From: Alphaproteobacteria bacterium
GTDB taxonomy: Bacteria > Pseudomonadota > Alphaproteobacteria > VGEJ01
Assembly (NCBI GenBank): GCA_965219135.1
Contig: CBDCMV010000003.1
Location: forward strand, 423,856-487,855
Length of the DNA: 64,000 bases
Direction: 5' to 3'
Under the pieces are notes generated by a model. The model did no database searches, was not told the origin of the DNA, and saw only the letters and a program-made list of their open reading frames with translations. Made by a program: the position numbers and the translations under genes. Each line of letters starts with the position of its first letter. Position 1 is the stretch's first letter. This document shows positions 62,972 to 64,000 of the stretch, one piece after another.

Positions 62972-64000
62972 CTAGGAGCGTGCGCTGTAGAAAGGTCCGC
63001 GCGGCAAAGTTGATAGCGGACGGGTTGTGGGTGGATTTGCGCAGGGGGAAGTATGATCCGATACGCCAGTTGCGTATGGGAACTCCAGATGCCGACCACG
63101 TTTCGTGCCTACCAGCCGGACCAACCCTTGCTTTTGCCGCTGGACTTGCAGGAGTGGGTTCCCCCAGGGCACCTGGCTCATCACGTCAGCGATGTGGTCG
63201 ATGCACTGGACTTGACGGCGTTCTATGCGCCCAACGAGGGGGACGGTCGACGCAACGCCCCCTACGAGCCGTCGATGATGGTCAAGGTGCTGATCTATGC
63301 CTACGCGACGGGCACATTCTCCTCGCGCGCGGTGGCGAGGAAGCTGGAGGAGGAAGTAGCGTTTCGGATGCTCGCGGCGGGCAACTTCCCGCAACATCGC
63401 ACGGTATGTGAGTTCCGCCGCCGACATCTGGCGGAGTTCAGCGAGCTGTTTGTGGGGGTGGTGCAGGTGGCGCGCGAGATGGGACTGGCGCGGTTCGGCA
63501 AGCTCTCGGTCGACGGGACGAAGGTGCGAGCGAACGCGAGCAAGCGCAAGGCGATGAGCTATGAGCGGATGGGCAAAGAGGCGGCTCGCTTGCAGGCGGA
63601 GATCGAGGCGCTGCTGACGAAGGCGGGGATGGTGGACGCCGAAGAAGACGAGCGTTGGGGCGAGGATTTCCGGGGCGACGAGTTGCCCGAGGAGTTGCAA
63701 CGCAGGGAGAAGCGCCTGGCGGCGATCCAGGCAGCCAAAGCGCGTTTGGAGGCGGCGCAACGCGGGCGCGACGATGAGCGCGGGCGCGAGCCTGGGCAGG
63801 ACCGCAATCCCCGGGGCGGGCGGCCCTACAAGCGGGCCTACGGCGAGCCCGAGCCGAAGGCGCAGAGCAATTTCACCGATCCCGAGAGCCAGATCATGAA
63901 GACCAGCAGCGAGGGATTCCAGCAGTGCTCCAACGCGCAGATGGCGGTCGATGGGGAGCACCAGATCATCGTCGCGACTCAGGTGGGGCCACAGGCCAGC
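62972..64000 (+). mobile_element. IS1182-family insertion sequence, copy 2 (runs off the window end)
   Basis: Same left end as 20075 with one mismatch noticed (GCTGTAG vs GCTGCAG). Track ORFs 62962..63411, 63301..63549 and 63559..63807 give the same protein sequences as their copy-1 counterparts. Confidence 0.92.
63089..64000 (+). CDS. IS1182-family DDE transposase (3' end outside the window)
   Basis: Same reading frame and sequence as 20192..21514. It is absent from the ORF track because no stop is reached. Confidence 0.88.
   Translation, partial: MPTTFRAYQPDQPLLLPLDLQEWVPPGHLAHHVSDVVDALDLTAFYAPNEGDGRRNAPYEPSMMVKVLIYAYATGTFSSRAVARKLEEEVAFRMLAAGNFPQHRTVCEFRRRHLAEFSELFVGVVQVAREMGLARFGKLSVDGTKVRANASKRKAMSYERMGKEAARLQAEIEALLTKAGMVDAEEDERWGEDFRGDELPEELQRREKRLAAIQAAKARLEAAQRGRDDERGREPGQDRNPRGGRPYKRAYGEPEPKAQSNFTDPESQIMKTSSEGFQQCSNAQMAVDGEHQIIVATQVGPQAS

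Noticed and set aside
20075-64000. Composite transposon or genomic island delimited by the two IS1182 copies
   Set aside because: The interior carries housekeeping-type genes (recQ, ggt) with the same composition as the flanks. No target duplication could be paired, and the right end of copy 2 is outside the window. Only the recombination potential is reported.
1-64000. CRISPR arrays, tRNA, rRNA, riboswitch-like leaders, toxin-antitoxin pairs, known defence cassettes
   Set aside because: I scanned the intergenic regions by eye. I found no regularly spaced repeats, no cloverleaf-like segments and no conserved leader motifs that I recognise. An RNA covariance-model scan would be the decisive check.

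Overview
High-GC proteobacterial chromosomal segment (probably alphaproteobacterial: inferred from a DUF4170 gene, the IS families and an En-less group II intron). It holds about 60 genes. Most encode solute-binding proteins, ABC permeases, DMT transporters and small-molecule catabolic enzymes. These include hydantoinase B, a class IV aminotransferase, a Zn-ADH, a CoA-transferase/Gfo/MaoC/SDR set, three enolase-superfamily genes (two of them with paralogous SDR partners), two PhyH dioxygenases, GGT and RecQ. I found no rRNA, tRNA or CRISPR array by eye, and I could not identify a recognisable defence or secretion cassette. The strongest signal is the condition of the DNA. Mobile elements: two near-identical IS1182-family copies lie in direct orientation (20075..21729 and 62972..window end). 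There is also a 53-bp solo end and a 60-bp internal scrap of that IS. An IS5 is nested with a 4-bp duplication inside a second IS1182-like element, and a half copy of the same IS5 sits inside a histidine-kinase gene. A 5'-truncated IS630 is also present. A structurally complete group II intron sits antisense inside a PhyH gene, and removing it exactly restores the reading frame. Gene lesions: I count more than 20. One is an in-frame chimera of a zinc-ribbon/class III cyclase/P-loop NTPase gene with a 5'-truncated hydantoinase B gene. Another is a tail-to-tail fusion of a response regulator with a second cyclase. There are several IS-bridged internal deletions and roughly ten single-site frameshifts. 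The frameshifts could be real pseudogenes or assembly errors; sequence alone cannot separate these, and raw reads are needed. Many long ORFs in the supplied track are antisense artefacts of high GC and were rejected.
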